Assembly (NCBI GenBank): GCA_039030355.1
Contig: JBCCEI010000002.1
Location: 1-41,455 of the forward strand
From: Pseudomonadota bacterium
GTDB lineage: Bacteria; Pseudomonadota; Gammaproteobacteria; UBA4575
DNA: 41,455 nt
Direction: 5' to 3'
Part shown: piece by piece, positions 8,892-18,418 of the stretch
Layout of the letters: each line of letters opens with the position of its first letter
Position numbering within the stretch: the first letter of the stretch is position 1
The notes under the pieces: model-generated
What the model saw: only the letters and a program-made list of their open reading frames with translations
The model's database searches: none
What the model was told of the DNA's origin: nothing
Translations under genes and position numbers: made by a program

Positions 8892-9197
8892 TTAAATTTT
8901 CAATCTTTCAACAATTTCACCATCAATCAGATGCTTAGAAATAATCTCATCAAGATCCTCTTCATTACTGTAGCGATACCACACGCCTTCTGGATACACC
9001 ACGGCAACGGGCCCTTCAGAGCAGCGATCCAAGCAGCCTGCTTGATTGACGCGCACCCCACCTTGACCTGAAATACCTAATTTTTTGGTCTTATTTTTCG
9101 CATAGCTGCGTAGTTCAGCGGCACCATGATCCTGGCAGCAACTTTTATCCTCACGCTCATTTACACACATAAACAAGTGGCGTTTGTAATACGACAT
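8892..9197 (-). CDS. Thioredoxin-like [2Fe-2S] ferredoxin
   Basis: The 101-aa product shows the Cys pattern C11...CC(20,21)...C55..C59 and PVAVVYPEGVWY, typical of this family. Confidence 0.8.
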   Translation of the reverse strand: MSYYKRHLFMCVNEREDKSCCQDHGAAELRSYAKNKTKKLGISGQGGVRVNQAGCLDRCSEGPVAVVYPEGVWYRYSNEEDLDEIISKHLIDGEIVERLKI

Positions 9198-9279
9198 CTC
9201 TTCTACTCTTATTCTAATTTCTTATTGCTAATAGCTAAGGCACACTATCCTTTCAACATTCACAACATTGTAGCAAAAC

Positions 9280-10467
9280 GTGCAAACACACAGCATCGAT
9301 AAAAATATGATCATTCAAGCCAGTGACAACTGCGTGATGTGCGGTTTATGCCTGCCACATTGTCCTACCTATAACGCAGCACAAATTGAATCAGAATCTC
9401 CAAGAGGTCGAATTGCTTTAGTGCGTGCACTCTATGAAGAAAAGCTGCCTGCAGATGAAACAGTACAAAATCATTTAAATCATTGTTTGGGCTGTATGAA
9501 CTGCCAGTATGCGTGCCCTGCAAATGTTGACTATGAAAAAATCATTGACGCTGGACGTGCAAAAACAGCCATTCATGCTAGTTGGCGCAGCAAGCTTAAA
9601 AAATCATTTGTATTACTAATTTTGAGCCATACTAAAATTAGGAAATTATTTAAGTATTTGATCTCAGTTATTAAAAGCCTTGGTTTAATAAAGCTAGTTT
9701 CAATGTCACGTCTTGTACAACTTTTACCAAGTAAAAGTCTAACTTTTGAAACACCTAACTCTTCTAATACAGGCCCCAAAATTGTTATTTTTCAATCTTG
9801 TGCAAATGAATTAATAAATGATCCTACCATTTCAGCTACAACTTCACTTTTAGCAAGATTGGGGTGTGAAATTGTTAGCCAAAATGAAGTTCATTGCTGT
9901 GGTGCACTACATCAACACAGCGGTAAATTGGGTACAGCAAAAAAACTCAAACATAAATTTATACACAAAAGCAACAGCATAAAAGTCGATTTCATCGCCT
10001 CAATCGCAACAGGATGTGGCGCACAAATCAAACATTATGAAAATGAGATCAATAGTAAAATTATTGATATCAATGAATTGCTATTGACGCAATTGCAGCA
10101 AAGTGATTTAAGCTTTCAACCGTTGGCTAAAAAAGTATTTATCCATAAACCATGTACTCTAAAACAAATTGCTATACAAGATGATGTTACAGAACAATTA
10201 TTAAATTACATCCCAGAAATTGAGTTGCTTCAATTCGATGATCAAGCTGGGTGCTGTGGCGCTGGCGGATTGAATAGTGTTACACATCCCAATCTTGCCA
10301 ATGATTTAATTGATAACAAAGTAAATGAATTAAATGCTTCTAAAGATACAATTTTAGCTAGCAGTAATATTGGTTGCGCTATACATTTTCAGGCGCGACT
10401 TAAACAGGAAAATATACCTGTACAGGTAGTTCACCCTGTCACGCTTTTAGCCCAGCAAATGTTATAA
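9280..10467 (+). CDS. GlcF/HdrD-like Fe-S oxidoreductase subunit (two 4Fe-4S motifs plus two CCG domains)
   Basis: CVMCGLCLPHCP and CLGCMNCQYACP are ferredoxin-type motifs, and HCCGALH and GCCGAGG are CCG motifs. The start is GTG at 9280, with ATG at 9307 as an alternative. No glcD/glcE is adjacent. Confidence 0.75.
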   Translation: MQTHSIDKNMIIQASDNCVMCGLCLPHCPTYNAAQIESESPRGRIALVRALYEEKLPADETVQNHLNHCLGCMNCQYACPANVDYEKIIDAGRAKTAIHASWRSKLKKSFVLLILSHTKIRKLFKYLISVIKSLGLIKLVSMSRLVQLLPSKSLTFETPNSSNTGPKIVIFQSCANELINDPTISATTSLLARLGCEIVSQNEVHCCGALHQHSGKLGTAKKLKHKFIHKSNSIKVDFIASIATGCGAQIKHYENEINSKIIDINELLLTQLQQSDLSFQPLAKKVFIHKPCTLKQIAIQDDVTEQLLNYIPEIELLQFDDQAGCCGAGGLNSVTHPNLANDLIDNKVNELNASKDTILASSNIGCAIHFQARLKQENIPVQVVHPVTLLAQQML

Positions 10468-10474
10468 TTAATTG

Positions 10475-11122
10475 ATGCGAAATTTAAACTCTACAGATCA
10501 GCTCGTTTCTCATATTGACCGAGGTTTGCGAACGTTATTTGCACAGCCAAGCAATAAACCCACCTCTTCTCCTTCTCCAGCGGAGAACATAGATGAGACC
10601 CCTGAATTAAATATTGAAGATAAAAAACGTGCCGCACGCTTAATGCGCGTTAACCATGCTGGAGAAATTGCAGCACAGGGTTTGTATCAGGGTCATTCCA
10701 GTGTTGTAAAAGACAAAGACGTAAGACAAAAATTTATCGAATCAGCAAAAGAAGAGGAAGCCCATTTAAGCTGGTGCGAATCTCGTCTAAACGAATTAGA
10801 AGATCGGCCTAGTGTGTTCGCACCGATATGGTACTTTGGCTCTTTTGCAATAGGCGCTGCAGTTGGTGTACTGGGAGATAAATGGTCACTCGGATTTGTA
10901 TCCGAAACCGAAAAACAAGTTGTGAAACATCTTGATAAACACCTAGAACGTTTGCCAGAAGATGATCTTAAAAGTAGAGAAATTTTATTAAAAATGCGTG
11001 AAGACGAAGCCATGCATGACCAAAAAGCCCAAGCTGCAGGTGCTTATGAACTACCTTTGCCTGCAAAAACTTTAATGAACGCTGTTTCGAAAGTAATGAC
11101 AAAAACTTCTTATTGGATTTAA
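10475..11122 (+). CDS. coq7: Demethoxyubiquinone hydroxylase (di-iron COQ7 family)
   Basis: Motifs RVNHAGEIAAQGLYQG, EEEAHL and REDEAMH match the di-iron carboxylate motifs. ATG at 10475 is preferred over the TTG at 10472. Confidence 0.88.
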   Translation: MRNLNSTDQLVSHIDRGLRTLFAQPSNKPTSSPSPAENIDETPELNIEDKKRAARLMRVNHAGEIAAQGLYQGHSSVVKDKDVRQKFIESAKEEEAHLSWCESRLNELEDRPSVFAPIWYFGSFAIGAAVGVLGDKWSLGFVSETEKQVVKHLDKHLERLPEDDLKSREILLKMREDEAMHDQKAQAAGAYELPLPAKTLMNAVSKVMTKTSYWI

Positions 11123-11166
11123 TAACTTTGGTTTATTCTAATCTTTCTTTGCCTGATGAGAATTGT

Positions 11167-11988
11167 CTAATCTAATGAGTTAATTCCATAGAAAATCTCA
11201 CTCATCTCTTTCTTTAACTGTTCTTCTATTTTTCCTTGTTCATTTGAATCAAGATCATGAACACCTTTTCCAAAAATGTAGTCATCAAGATCAAATTCTT
11301 TTAATAACATTTTGGTATGAAAAATATTTTCCTGATCTGCATTCATATCGATCATTTGGTACTGATTTTTTGTTTTGTCTGATAAAAAATCCTGAATTGA
11401 AGTTATTTCATGGTCTATGTAATGCTTTAATCCCTCGACATCTCGTGTAAATCCACGTACACGATAATCCAAAACCACGATATCTTCGTTAAAGCTATCA
11501 ATTAAGTAATTTAATGTTTTTAGAGGTGAAACGCGCCCGCAAGTTGAAACATCAATGTCTACTCGAAACGTACTAATTCCATTGTCGGGATGATATTCAG
11601 GGTAGGTGTGGGCTGTCACATGGCTTTTATCTAGGTGGCCGACTACAGATTGCTTAATAGATTCTTCGGCCTCCTCAAACTGAGTTTCTTCTTTAGAAAA
11701 AATAGCTTCAGCGAGGGCGAGTTCTTCCGAAATCAAACAGGTTACACTCGCTCCTCGTGGCTCATAGTCATAAACCGACATATTTAAAATACTGGCACCA
11801 ATTCTATTTGTTACTTCTTTAAGTACTGTTTCCAGGCGCGCAGCATTATATTCCTCGTCAACATACTCGAGGTATTCTTGCTGATGAGCAGGCGTATGGG
11901 CATAACAAATATCATAAAAGTTAAAGCTCAGTGTCTTTGTGAGATTATTAAAGCCATGTAATTGTATTTTGCTATCACTTAGTTCCAT
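11167..11988 (-). CDS. speD: S-adenosylmethionine decarboxylase proenzyme (long, enterobacterial type)
   Basis: [24 protein letters not shown] and [14 protein letters not shown] (self-cleavage/pyruvoyl region) are present. Confidence 0.9.
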   Translation of the reverse strand: MELSDSKIQLHGFNNLTKTLSFNFYDICYAHTPAHQQEYLEYVDEEYNAARLETVLKEVTNRIGASILNMSVYDYEPRGASVTCLISEELALAEAIFSKEETQFEEAEESIKQSVVGHLDKSHVTAHTYPEYHPDNGISTFRVDIDVSTCGRVSPLKTLNYLIDSFNEDIVVLDYRVRGFTRDVEGLKHYIDHEITSIQDFLSDKTKNQYQMIDMNADQENIFHTKMLLKEFDLDDYIFGKGVHDLDSNEQGKIEEQLKKEMSEIFYGINSLD

Positions 11989-12024
11989 AAAATTTATTCC
12001 ATATTAAACACAACCAATTAGTCG

Positions 12025-12435
12025 TTAACCAACCTCGTGGTCATAAGTAATCTCAACATTTGGTCGCAACATCTTTACAACGGAACAATATTTATCTATT
12101 GATAGCTCAACTGCACGTTTTACATGCTTCTGATTTAGCTCCTTACCTGCAATTACAAAATGCATGTGGATTTTGCTGAATACAGCCGGAATTTCATCAG
12201 CTCGCTCTGCCTCAATATTAATTTCACAACTTGTAACTTTTTGTCTGGACTTCTCTAGAATCTCCACCACATCAAATGCACTGCATCCTCCCAATCCAAC
12301 TAAAACCATCTCCATGGGCCGCGCGGCAAGATTTCGCCCACCATGGTCTGGAGGACCATCCATAGTGGTTGTATGGCCACTTCCTGTGTGCGCTTCAAAG
12401 GTGCGCTCCTCTAACCACTTGATTCGTACTTGCAT
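12025..12435 (-). CDS. OsmC/Ohr-family peroxiredoxin-like protein
   Basis: The 136-aa product carries GLGGCSAFD and DKYCSV, the two conserved Cys motifs. Confidence 0.8.
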   Translation of the reverse strand: MQVRIKWLEERTFEAHTGSGHTTTMDGPPDHGGRNLAARPMEMVLVGLGGCSAFDVVEILEKSRQKVTSCEINIEAERADEIPAVFSKIHMHFVIAGKELNQKHVKRAVELSIDKYCSVVKMLRPNVEITYDHEVG

Positions 12436-12513
12436 TACTACCGTTTGACCTTATTTCCTGTCGACATCAGTGAGTTATCTGGCTTAGACTAGCCAAAATA
12501 ACAATTTCTGAAT

Positions 12514-13158
12514 TTGAGCTTGAACAATCTTAATCCAACTGTATCAACACAGGACACTGTCGTGGAACGTTTTCTAGAACACTGCCATACCAAGCGCTAT
12601 GCAGCCGGAAACCGCATCATCCATGCAGGCGATCCATCAAACACCCTTTATTACATCACGCATGGCTCTGTGAAGATTATGCTTGAAGATGATACTGGTC
12701 ATGAAATGGTATTGGCATATCTTAATAAGGGTGACTTCTTTGGCGAGATGGGCCTGTTCGAAGAAAATGAACGCAGTGCATTAGTTATCGCAAAAGAACA
12801 ATGCGATGTGGCAGAAATTCAGTATTCTAAATTTCGCGAGCTGGTTAAAAGCGACCCCGATATCTTAATGCATATGGCGGGCCAACTTGCCAAACGTTTA
12901 CGTGACACCAGCCGTAAAGTCATCGACCTTGCATATTTAGATGTGACTGGCCGAGTTGCCCATACCTTACTTGATCTGGCCAAACAGCCCGACGCATTAA
13001 CCCACCCAGAGGGCATGCAAATTCGTATTACTCGTCAAGAAATTGCCAAAATTGTAGGCTGTTCACGTGAAATGGCTGGAAGAGTACTAAAAGAGTTACA
13101 ACAGCAGGGTTTAATTTCTGCACATGGAAAAACCATCGTTGTGTATGGTACGCGTTAA
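12514..13158 (+). CDS. crp: cAMP receptor protein (Crp/Vfr) global regulator
   Basis: The start is [14 protein letters not shown] is the cNMP-binding region. [30 protein letters not shown] is the HTH, nearly identical in pattern to Crp/Vfr. Confidence 0.92.
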   Translation: MSLNNLNPTVSTQDTVVERFLEHCHTKRYAAGNRIIHAGDPSNTLYYITHGSVKIMLEDDTGHEMVLAYLNKGDFFGEMGLFEENERSALVIAKEQCDVAEIQYSKFRELVKSDPDILMHMAGQLAKRLRDTSRKVIDLAYLDVTGRVAHTLLDLAKQPDALTHPEGMQIRITRQEIAKIVGCSREMAGRVLKELQQQGLISAHGKTIVVYGTR

Positions 13159-13250
13159 GTACGTCACGAAAACTTAAAGACCCAATTAAACCTCATTTAA
13201 TAACCCATTGTAGTGGCAACTATTTGGGATTCTAAGCTTGCATCACGCCT

Positions 13251-13270
13251 TTGTTATAATATAACATTTT
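13251..13270. promoter_or_regulatory. Zur box overlapping the zur-operon promoter
   Basis: A perfect 7-1-7 palindrome TGTTATA-A-TATAACA spans 13252-13266, within TTGTTATAATATAACATTTT. It overlaps the -10 candidates TATAAT (13255-13260) and TATAAC (13260-13265). A TTGCAT -35 lies at 13238-13243. Confidence 0.8.
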
Positions 13271-13273
13271 ATC

Positions 13274-13735
13274 ATGTGGCAAAAGCACAAACATAATGCC
13301 TGTGTAAAACAAGCACTTCAGAAAGCAGAAAAAATTTGCATTGAAAATAAGTGCAAACTTACACCCACACGTAAAAGAGTATTAGAACTGATTTGGAAAA
13401 GTCATAAGCCCATTAAAGCTTACGACTTATTAGCACAATTGAGTTCTGAAGATTTTGTAGAGAAGCCCCCAACAGTGTATCGTGCACTTGATTTCCTAAT
13501 TGAAAATAATTTAATTCATCGCATCGAAAGTCAGAATACATACATTGGCTGCAATACAAATCATGACACCTCTGACAGCAAATTTTTAATTTGTGACAGC
13601 TGTAATGAAGTAGAAGAACTAGTTGAACCAAAATTACAAAGAACATTAAACGAGGTGAGCAAAAAACAAGGTTTTACACCTAGTTTAGTAAATGTTGAAG
13701 TTCATGGCATCTGTGCCCAATGTGCACAAAACTAA
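13274..13735 (+). CDS. zur: Zinc uptake regulator, Fur family
   Basis: QKAEKICIENKCKLTPTRKRVLELI and KPPTVYRALDFL are present. Cys pairs CDSC and CAQC fit the Zur layout. Confidence 0.85.
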   Translation: MWQKHKHNACVKQALQKAEKICIENKCKLTPTRKRVLELIWKSHKPIKAYDLLAQLSSEDFVEKPPTVYRALDFLIENNLIHRIESQNTYIGCNTNHDTSDSKFLICDSCNEVEELVEPKLQRTLNEVSKKQGFTPSLVNVEVHGICAQCAQN

Positions 13736-13760
13736 AATAAGAAATATAAAAACAAATGTT

Positions 13761-14183
13761 ATGCAAACTTTTTTTGACCGAATCGCAATCACCTTATCCA
13801 GCATTTGTGTAATACACTGCATTGCATTCCCAATAATAGCGACACTAATCCCAATCTTTGCAACGACACTACATCATGGTAACGCCATGCATGAATTTTG
13901 GTTTCATCAGTTCATCTTAATATTTATCTTACCATTCAGCATTATTGCGATGATTGCTGGATTTAATCGACATCGGCAGCTGCTTCCAATTATTATTACC
14001 TCAATTGGATTAACATTTCTTGTGTTGATTGCATTATATGCCGGACCGCTCATTACAAATCATATTATCCCGCATGAAAGTGAAAAGGTTTTAACAATAA
14101 TCGGTGGGATTATTCACGCAGTTGGCCATTTCCTAAATCTCACTGCTACTGGAAATCATCGAATAGCGTGTACTAACCATTAA
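13761..14183 (+). CDS. MerC-like four-TM membrane protein
   Basis: It starts at the internal ATG 13761. LSSICVIHCIAFPI is a MerC-type CxxC-like motif in TM1, followed by three more TM segments. Confidence 0.6.
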   Translation: MQTFFDRIAITLSSICVIHCIAFPIIATLIPIFATTLHHGNAMHEFWFHQFILIFILPFSIIAMIAGFNRHRQLLPIIITSIGLTFLVLIALYAGPLITNHIIPHESEKVLTIIGGIIHAVGHFLNLTATGNHRIACTNH

Positions 14184-14195
14184 CAAATACGTCTC

Positions 14196-14825
14196 ATGCA
14201 TATTACCAAGTACTGTATAATTTTAGTTTTTGTATTCCACTCTACCTGCCTACTAGCTGGCTCTGATGACCATCATGACCATAGCCATGACCTCGAAACT
14301 GATGAATCCTTATTTGAAGAACATTCTTCTCATGTGCATGGTCACGCAAGCGCTCAAGTTTCTTATGAAAATGGAGTTTTAAATATAAATAAGTCTTTCT
14401 CTTCAATAGACATATTTGGGTTTGAACATGAGCCAAAAAATGATGAGCAAAAAATAGCAATTAAGCAGGCTGTAAAGAATTTGGAAATGACCGAAAAACT
14501 TTTTAGATTTAATGGCAACTCATGTGAGCTAGAATCAGTAAAAATTGAAAGCGATCTAATTAAAGCTGATGTGGAAAACCATGAAGAGCACCATGACCAT
14601 GATCACGAACATCACCATGATGAGGAATCATCTGATGACTCTCATTCTGATGTATATGCAAACTATAAATTTAAGTGCGACAACAAAAACATTAATTCCA
14701 TTGAGTATTCAATCTTTGATTATTTCCCCACTCTTGAAGAACTTGAAGTTCAATATATCGGGAGTGATCATCAAGCGTTATTCAATGCCACACCTACCAA
14801 TCGTATACAAGAGCTTAATAAATAA
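14196..14825 (+). CDS. zrgA: His-rich periplasmic metal-binding protein, ZrgA/DUF2796-like
   Basis: It has a signal peptide and His/Asp/Glu-rich tracts (DDHHDHSHD; ENHEEHHDHDHEHHHDEE). It precedes an ABC ATPase, an FtsX-type permease and a DUF3299 gene. Confidence 0.6.
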   Translation: MHITKYCIILVFVFHSTCLLAGSDDHHDHSHDLETDESLFEEHSSHVHGHASAQVSYENGVLNINKSFSSIDIFGFEHEPKNDEQKIAIKQAVKNLEMTEKLFRFNGNSCELESVKIESDLIKADVENHEEHHDHDHEHHHDEESSDDSHSDVYANYKFKCDNKNINSIEYSIFDYFPTLEELEVQYIGSDHQALFNATPTNRIQELNK

Positions 14826-14846
14826 TTTAAGAACAGAAGGCATTCA

Positions 14847-15548
14847 ATGATTGGTCATGCCTGCTTTGATATTTCTAATATCGAGTTTAATTGGAATAAC
14901 AGCAAAAAGCCTTTACTGAATATTGCTTCTCTAAAACTTAATCGAGGCGAAAACCTTTTTATCCATGGCCCCAGTGGATGCGGTAAATCAACTTTATTAA
15001 ATCTTATTACTGGTGTGTTAACCCCTGCTGAAGGTGAAATCAATATACTAGGTACAAATATTCATGCTATGAATCAAAAATCTCGAGATCAGTTTCGTGT
15101 CGATCATATAGGTATCATATTTCAACAGTTTAACTTAATCCCTTATCTTAATGTATTTGAGAATATAGCTCTGCCATGCACTTTTTCAAAGAAAAGAAAG
15201 CAAATACTTTCCGTTCAAAAACGCGACCTCCTTGAAGAAGCTCAACGTCTACTATTTTCACTTGGCATGGATGATGAAAACATTCTCAGTAAGAATGTGA
15301 CTGAATTGAGCACAGGTCAACAACAGCGCGTGGCTGCAGCACGTGCATTAATCGGTTCACCTGAAATGATCATCGCAGATGAACCCACGTCCTCTTTAGA
15401 TCAAGATACTAAAAATGGGTTTCTAGAGCTGTTATTTAACCAAGCAAAACAAAGTAACAGTGCCGTGTTATTTGTAAGTCATGATCTTGAATTATCAAAT
15501 TTATTCGACAGAACACTCTCTTTCGATGAAATTAATTCTCTAAGCTAA
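14847..15548 (+). CDS. zrgB: ABC transporter ATP-binding protein (MacB/LolD-like), ZrgB-like
   Basis: Walker A is GPSGCGKST, the signature is LSTGQQQRV and Walker B is IIADEPTSSLD. Confidence 0.85.
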   Translation: MIGHACFDISNIEFNWNNSKKPLLNIASLKLNRGENLFIHGPSGCGKSTLLNLITGVLTPAEGEINILGTNIHAMNQKSRDQFRVDHIGIIFQQFNLIPYLNVFENIALPCTFSKKRKQILSVQKRDLLEEAQRLLFSLGMDDENILSKNVTELSTGQQQRVAAARALIGSPEMIIADEPTSSLDQDTKNGFLELLFNQAKQSNSAVLFVSHDLELSNLFDRTLSFDEINSLS

Positions 15549-16816
15549 TGATTAAAAATATTTTTCAATTAGCATTGAAAAGTTTGCGTTTTCGCAAGAT
15601 AACCATTGGACTGACTATTCTTTCATTAGCCATAAGCATCGTCTTACTATTTGGTGTAGACATCATTCGTACACAAGCTAAAGAAAATTTTACGAATACT
15701 GTAAGTGACACAGATTTAATTGTGGGATCGAGAAGTGGTTCGGTACAGCTACTGTTATATAGTATTTTTCACATAGGAAGTGCAACTAATAATGTTTCAT
15801 GGAATAGCTACAATAAAATTAAATCTCACCCAAGGGTAAGCTGGTCAGTACCAATTTCTCTAGGGGATTCTCATAAAGGATTTCGAGTAATTGGAACAAC
15901 GCAAGATATTTTTGAACATTACAGATATGGGAAAGGAAATATTTTACGTTTATCAAGTGGAGAACGATTTTCCGGTTTATATGATGCAGTAATTGGTTCA
16001 AAAGTTGCCAATTCACTTGATTATAAAATAACTGACAAAATTGTTATTTCACATGGAATAACGAATGCAGATTTTGCAGAACACAAAGACTCCCCTTTCA
16101 CAATCACCGGAATTTTAAAACCAACTGGCACGCCATTAGATAGATCTATCCTCATTTCACTTCAAGGACTTGAAGCGTTACATATAGGGTGGGAAACAGG
16201 TGCACAGAATAAAAGTGTTGATCAAAATAAGAATATAGATATAGGCGAAGAATCACTTGAGCCTGAGTCCATCACAGCGTTTCTTCTAGGTCTTAAAAGC
16301 AAACACGATATATTTTCCATTCGGCGCGGGATAAATGAATTTAATTCAGAACCCTTATTAGCCATCATGCCTGGAATCGCATTGTTAGAGCTATGGAAAG
16401 TGGTTGATATTATTGAAAGGACATTACTGGTGATATCAGGGCTTGTCGTGCTAACAAGTTTAATAGGAATTTTCACAGTTATCATCACTAATCTCAATGA
16501 AAGACGACGTGAGATGGCGATTCTTCGCTCGGTAGGCGCTTCTCCAAAAACGATATTTTCATTAATGATCATTGAATCTGAAATATTAGTTTTTTTAGGT
16601 GTTTTGTTTGGGCTGGCTTTTTTATATTCGTTATTGGCAATGATCAACCCAATCCTATTCAACATCTTTGGATTTAATATTGAACTTGGCCCACCAACTA
16701 AGTTCCAAATATTGATGCTAGTTATAATTTTATTAGGAGGGTTTTTAGCTGCACTGTATCCTGCAATTAGCGCTTATCGAAAAACTTTACAAGATGGGCT
16801 TACAATACGTTTATGA
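15548..16816 (+). CDS. zrgC: FtsX/MacB-type ABC permease, ZrgC-like
   Basis: An N-terminal TM is followed by a large periplasmic domain and a C-terminal three-TM FtsX-like region (ERRREMAILRSVGASP). The start overlaps the upstream stop. Confidence 0.8.
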   Translation: MIKNIFQLALKSLRFRKITIGLTILSLAISIVLLFGVDIIRTQAKENFTNTVSDTDLIVGSRSGSVQLLLYSIFHIGSATNNVSWNSYNKIKSHPRVSWSVPISLGDSHKGFRVIGTTQDIFEHYRYGKGNILRLSSGERFSGLYDAVIGSKVANSLDYKITDKIVISHGITNADFAEHKDSPFTITGILKPTGTPLDRSILISLQGLEALHIGWETGAQNKSVDQNKNIDIGEESLEPESITAFLLGLKSKHDIFSIRRGINEFNSEPLLAIMPGIALLELWKVVDIIERTLLVISGLVVLTSLIGIFTVIITNLNERRREMAILRSVGASPKTIFSLMIIESEILVFLGVLFGLAFLYSLLAMINPILFNIFGFNIELGPPTKFQILMLVIILLGGFLAALYPAISAYRKTLQDGLTIRL

Positions 16817-17388
16817 AGTACATGCAATCTAAAACATATTTTACTTTTCTCGCATCCTTTCTATTTTTTAGTTCTGCTTTATTGGCTAAAGAAGCGCGTT
16901 TGCTAGATTGGGGCGACCTAGCCCCTGAAGGTTATTTTGAGTCATTAGAAAAACAACAAAAATCGATGATAGGTGGAATTTTTGATGACTTAGGATTTGG
17001 CAATGAGGAAGAAGAAGATGAATCGGAAGAGGTGCAAAAAGCATATGCAGAAATGCAAAGCACTTTACGCGCCGCACCCATCGTAAAAGAATTAAATGGT
17101 AAGTACGTAAAAATACCAGGTTACATCGTACCACTTGAATTCGATTTTGATAAAGGCACGTTTTCAGAATTTTTACTTGCACCCTACTTTGGTGCATGTA
17201 TCCATGTACCTCCACCCCCATCCAATCAAATTGTATACGTGAAATTAGACAAACCTTTAAAACAAAATTGGTTAGATGATGCAGTTTGGGTAACAGGCAC
17301 AATTACAACTGACAGTGTTGACAGTGAATATGGATTTGCAGGCTACTCGATGAATAATGTAGACCTTGATGTGTACGATGGTGAGTGA
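16813..17388 (+). CDS. zrgD: Periplasmic DUF3299-like protein, ZrgD-like
   Basis: It has a signal peptide and the LAPYFGACIHVPPPPSNQIVYV motif. There is an ATGA overlap with the permease stop. Confidence 0.65.
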   Translation: MKYMQSKTYFTFLASFLFFSSALLAKEARLLDWGDLAPEGYFESLEKQQKSMIGGIFDDLGFGNEEEEDESEEVQKAYAEMQSTLRAAPIVKELNGKYVKIPGYIVPLEFDFDKGTFSEFLLAPYFGACIHVPPPPSNQIVYVKLDKPLKQNWLDDAVWVTGTITTDSVDSEYGFAGYSMNNVDLDVYDGE

Positions 17389-17391
17389 GTC

Positions 17392-17434
17392 CATGGATGG
17401 GCAAATATGATGTGCATCAGGGACGATGCAACAA
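17392..17434 (+). repeat. Post-stop-codon extragenic element, copy 1
   Basis: Sequence is CATGGATG-N21-GGACGATGCAACAA, containing the hairpin TGCATC-AGGGAC-GATGCA (17413-17430). It begins 3 nt after the zrgD-like stop. Confidence 0.5.
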
Positions 17435-17534
17435 GTTAGAGTTAGGTAATTTCAATAAGAATGCTTCGCAATTGATGGTGCTGAAAGTAACTAACTTTCC
17501 TAAGCGGATATCTTCCGATCATTGACGTTAAAAT

Positions 17535-18008
17535 TTATAAAAGCAAATCTCCTTCAATTGGGTGATAAATACTTGCGGATTCAATTAGTGATTTAGCTGT
17601 CAAACCAGGCACACCATAAACTTTAGCCGTAACGTTATATTCGGTTTTAATTTTTTCTAGTAATAAGTCAAAGTCGCCATCACCAGACAATAAAATTACG
17701 ACATCCACGTCTTTTACAGTTTCTAGAATATCGATGGTGATGCCCACATCCCAATCACCTTTGCTGGAACCATCACTACGCTGAATATAGGATTTGAGTT
17801 TAATAGTAAATCCAATATGCTCCAGCGCTCGTTGAAATTTATGTTGTTTATCATCACCCCGATCAGTTGCATAAGCATTTGCTGCAACAATTTTGCCTTC
17901 AGCGCTTACTTGCTGCCAAAATTTGCGATAATTAAATTGGCGATCAAACACCTCACGTGTGGTGTAATAAATATTTTGTACATCAACAAATATTGCGATA
18001 GTTTTCAT
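17535..18008 (-). CDS. NYN/LabA-like (PIN-related) domain protein
   Basis: MKTIAIFVDVQNIYY ... VVILLSGDGDFDLLLEKI is typical of the LabA/DUF88 NYN fold. Confidence 0.75.
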   Translation of the reverse strand: MKTIAIFVDVQNIYYTTREVFDRQFNYRKFWQQVSAEGKIVAANAYATDRGDDKQHKFQRALEHIGFTIKLKSYIQRSDGSSKGDWDVGITIDILETVKDVDVVILLSGDGDFDLLLEKIKTEYNVTAKVYGVPGLTAKSLIESASIYHPIEGDLLL

Positions 18009-18268
18009 ACTGTTAGCATCAATGTGAAGAAAAGAATTATGCTCATTGCTAATACTATAGTAACGCTATAAAGTGTAACTATTATTTATCTAAATCCTGA
18101 CTCACTGTCTAGCGACGTATATCTGAATCTTTTCAGCATATAAAGCTTCATTCTTACGCTTCTTATCAGTCTGACCCAGAATAGGGTATCTATACGAGAC
18201 GTATTTGCGTCAGTCTATATTTAATAACTCACCATAACATTCTAATGTTTGGCAAAAGGAAAACTCAC

Positions 18269-18364
18269 ATGGAAGAATTACAACATGTTTTATACAACCC
18301 AATTTATTTAATAATGGGCTTATTCTTAGCTTATATCATTTGGAGTAACTTCATACGCAAATGA
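18269..18364 (+). CDS. Candidate 31-aa hydrophobic peptide
   Basis: AAGGA lies 8-9 nt upstream of the ATG. The product MEELQHVLYNPIYLIMGLFLAYIIWSNFIRK has one TM-like helix. It is too short for the supplied ORF track. Confidence 0.3.
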   Translation: MEELQHVLYNPIYLIMGLFLAYIIWSNFIRK

Positions 18365-18375
18365 TTTTTTTAGCG

Positions 18376-18418
18376 CATGGATGCGCGATTACGTAATCCT
18401 TCAAGGACGATGCAACAA
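18376..18418 (+). repeat. Post-stop-codon extragenic element, copy 2
   Basis: It has the same CATGGATG-N21-GGACGATGCAACAA layout and spacing as copy 1, and 11 of 21 internal positions are identical. It begins 11 nt after the stop of the 31-aa ORF. Confidence 0.5.

Noticed and set aside
14569-14850. A 93-aa alternative-frame ORF (MWKTMKSTMTMITNITMM...) inside the zrgA-like gene
   Set aside because: It is a frame-shifted shadow of the CAT/GAT/GAA-rich His/Asp/Glu tract. The zrgA-like frame has a signal peptide and fits the operon spacing.
17535-18008. The NYN/LabA-like gene as the core of a defence or toxin-antitoxin system
   Set aside because: It stands alone, with no adjacent partner such as an antitoxin, ATPase, methylase or nuclease-helicase. 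Single LabA-like NYN genes are common housekeeping-type genes. I kept only the weaker islet observation.
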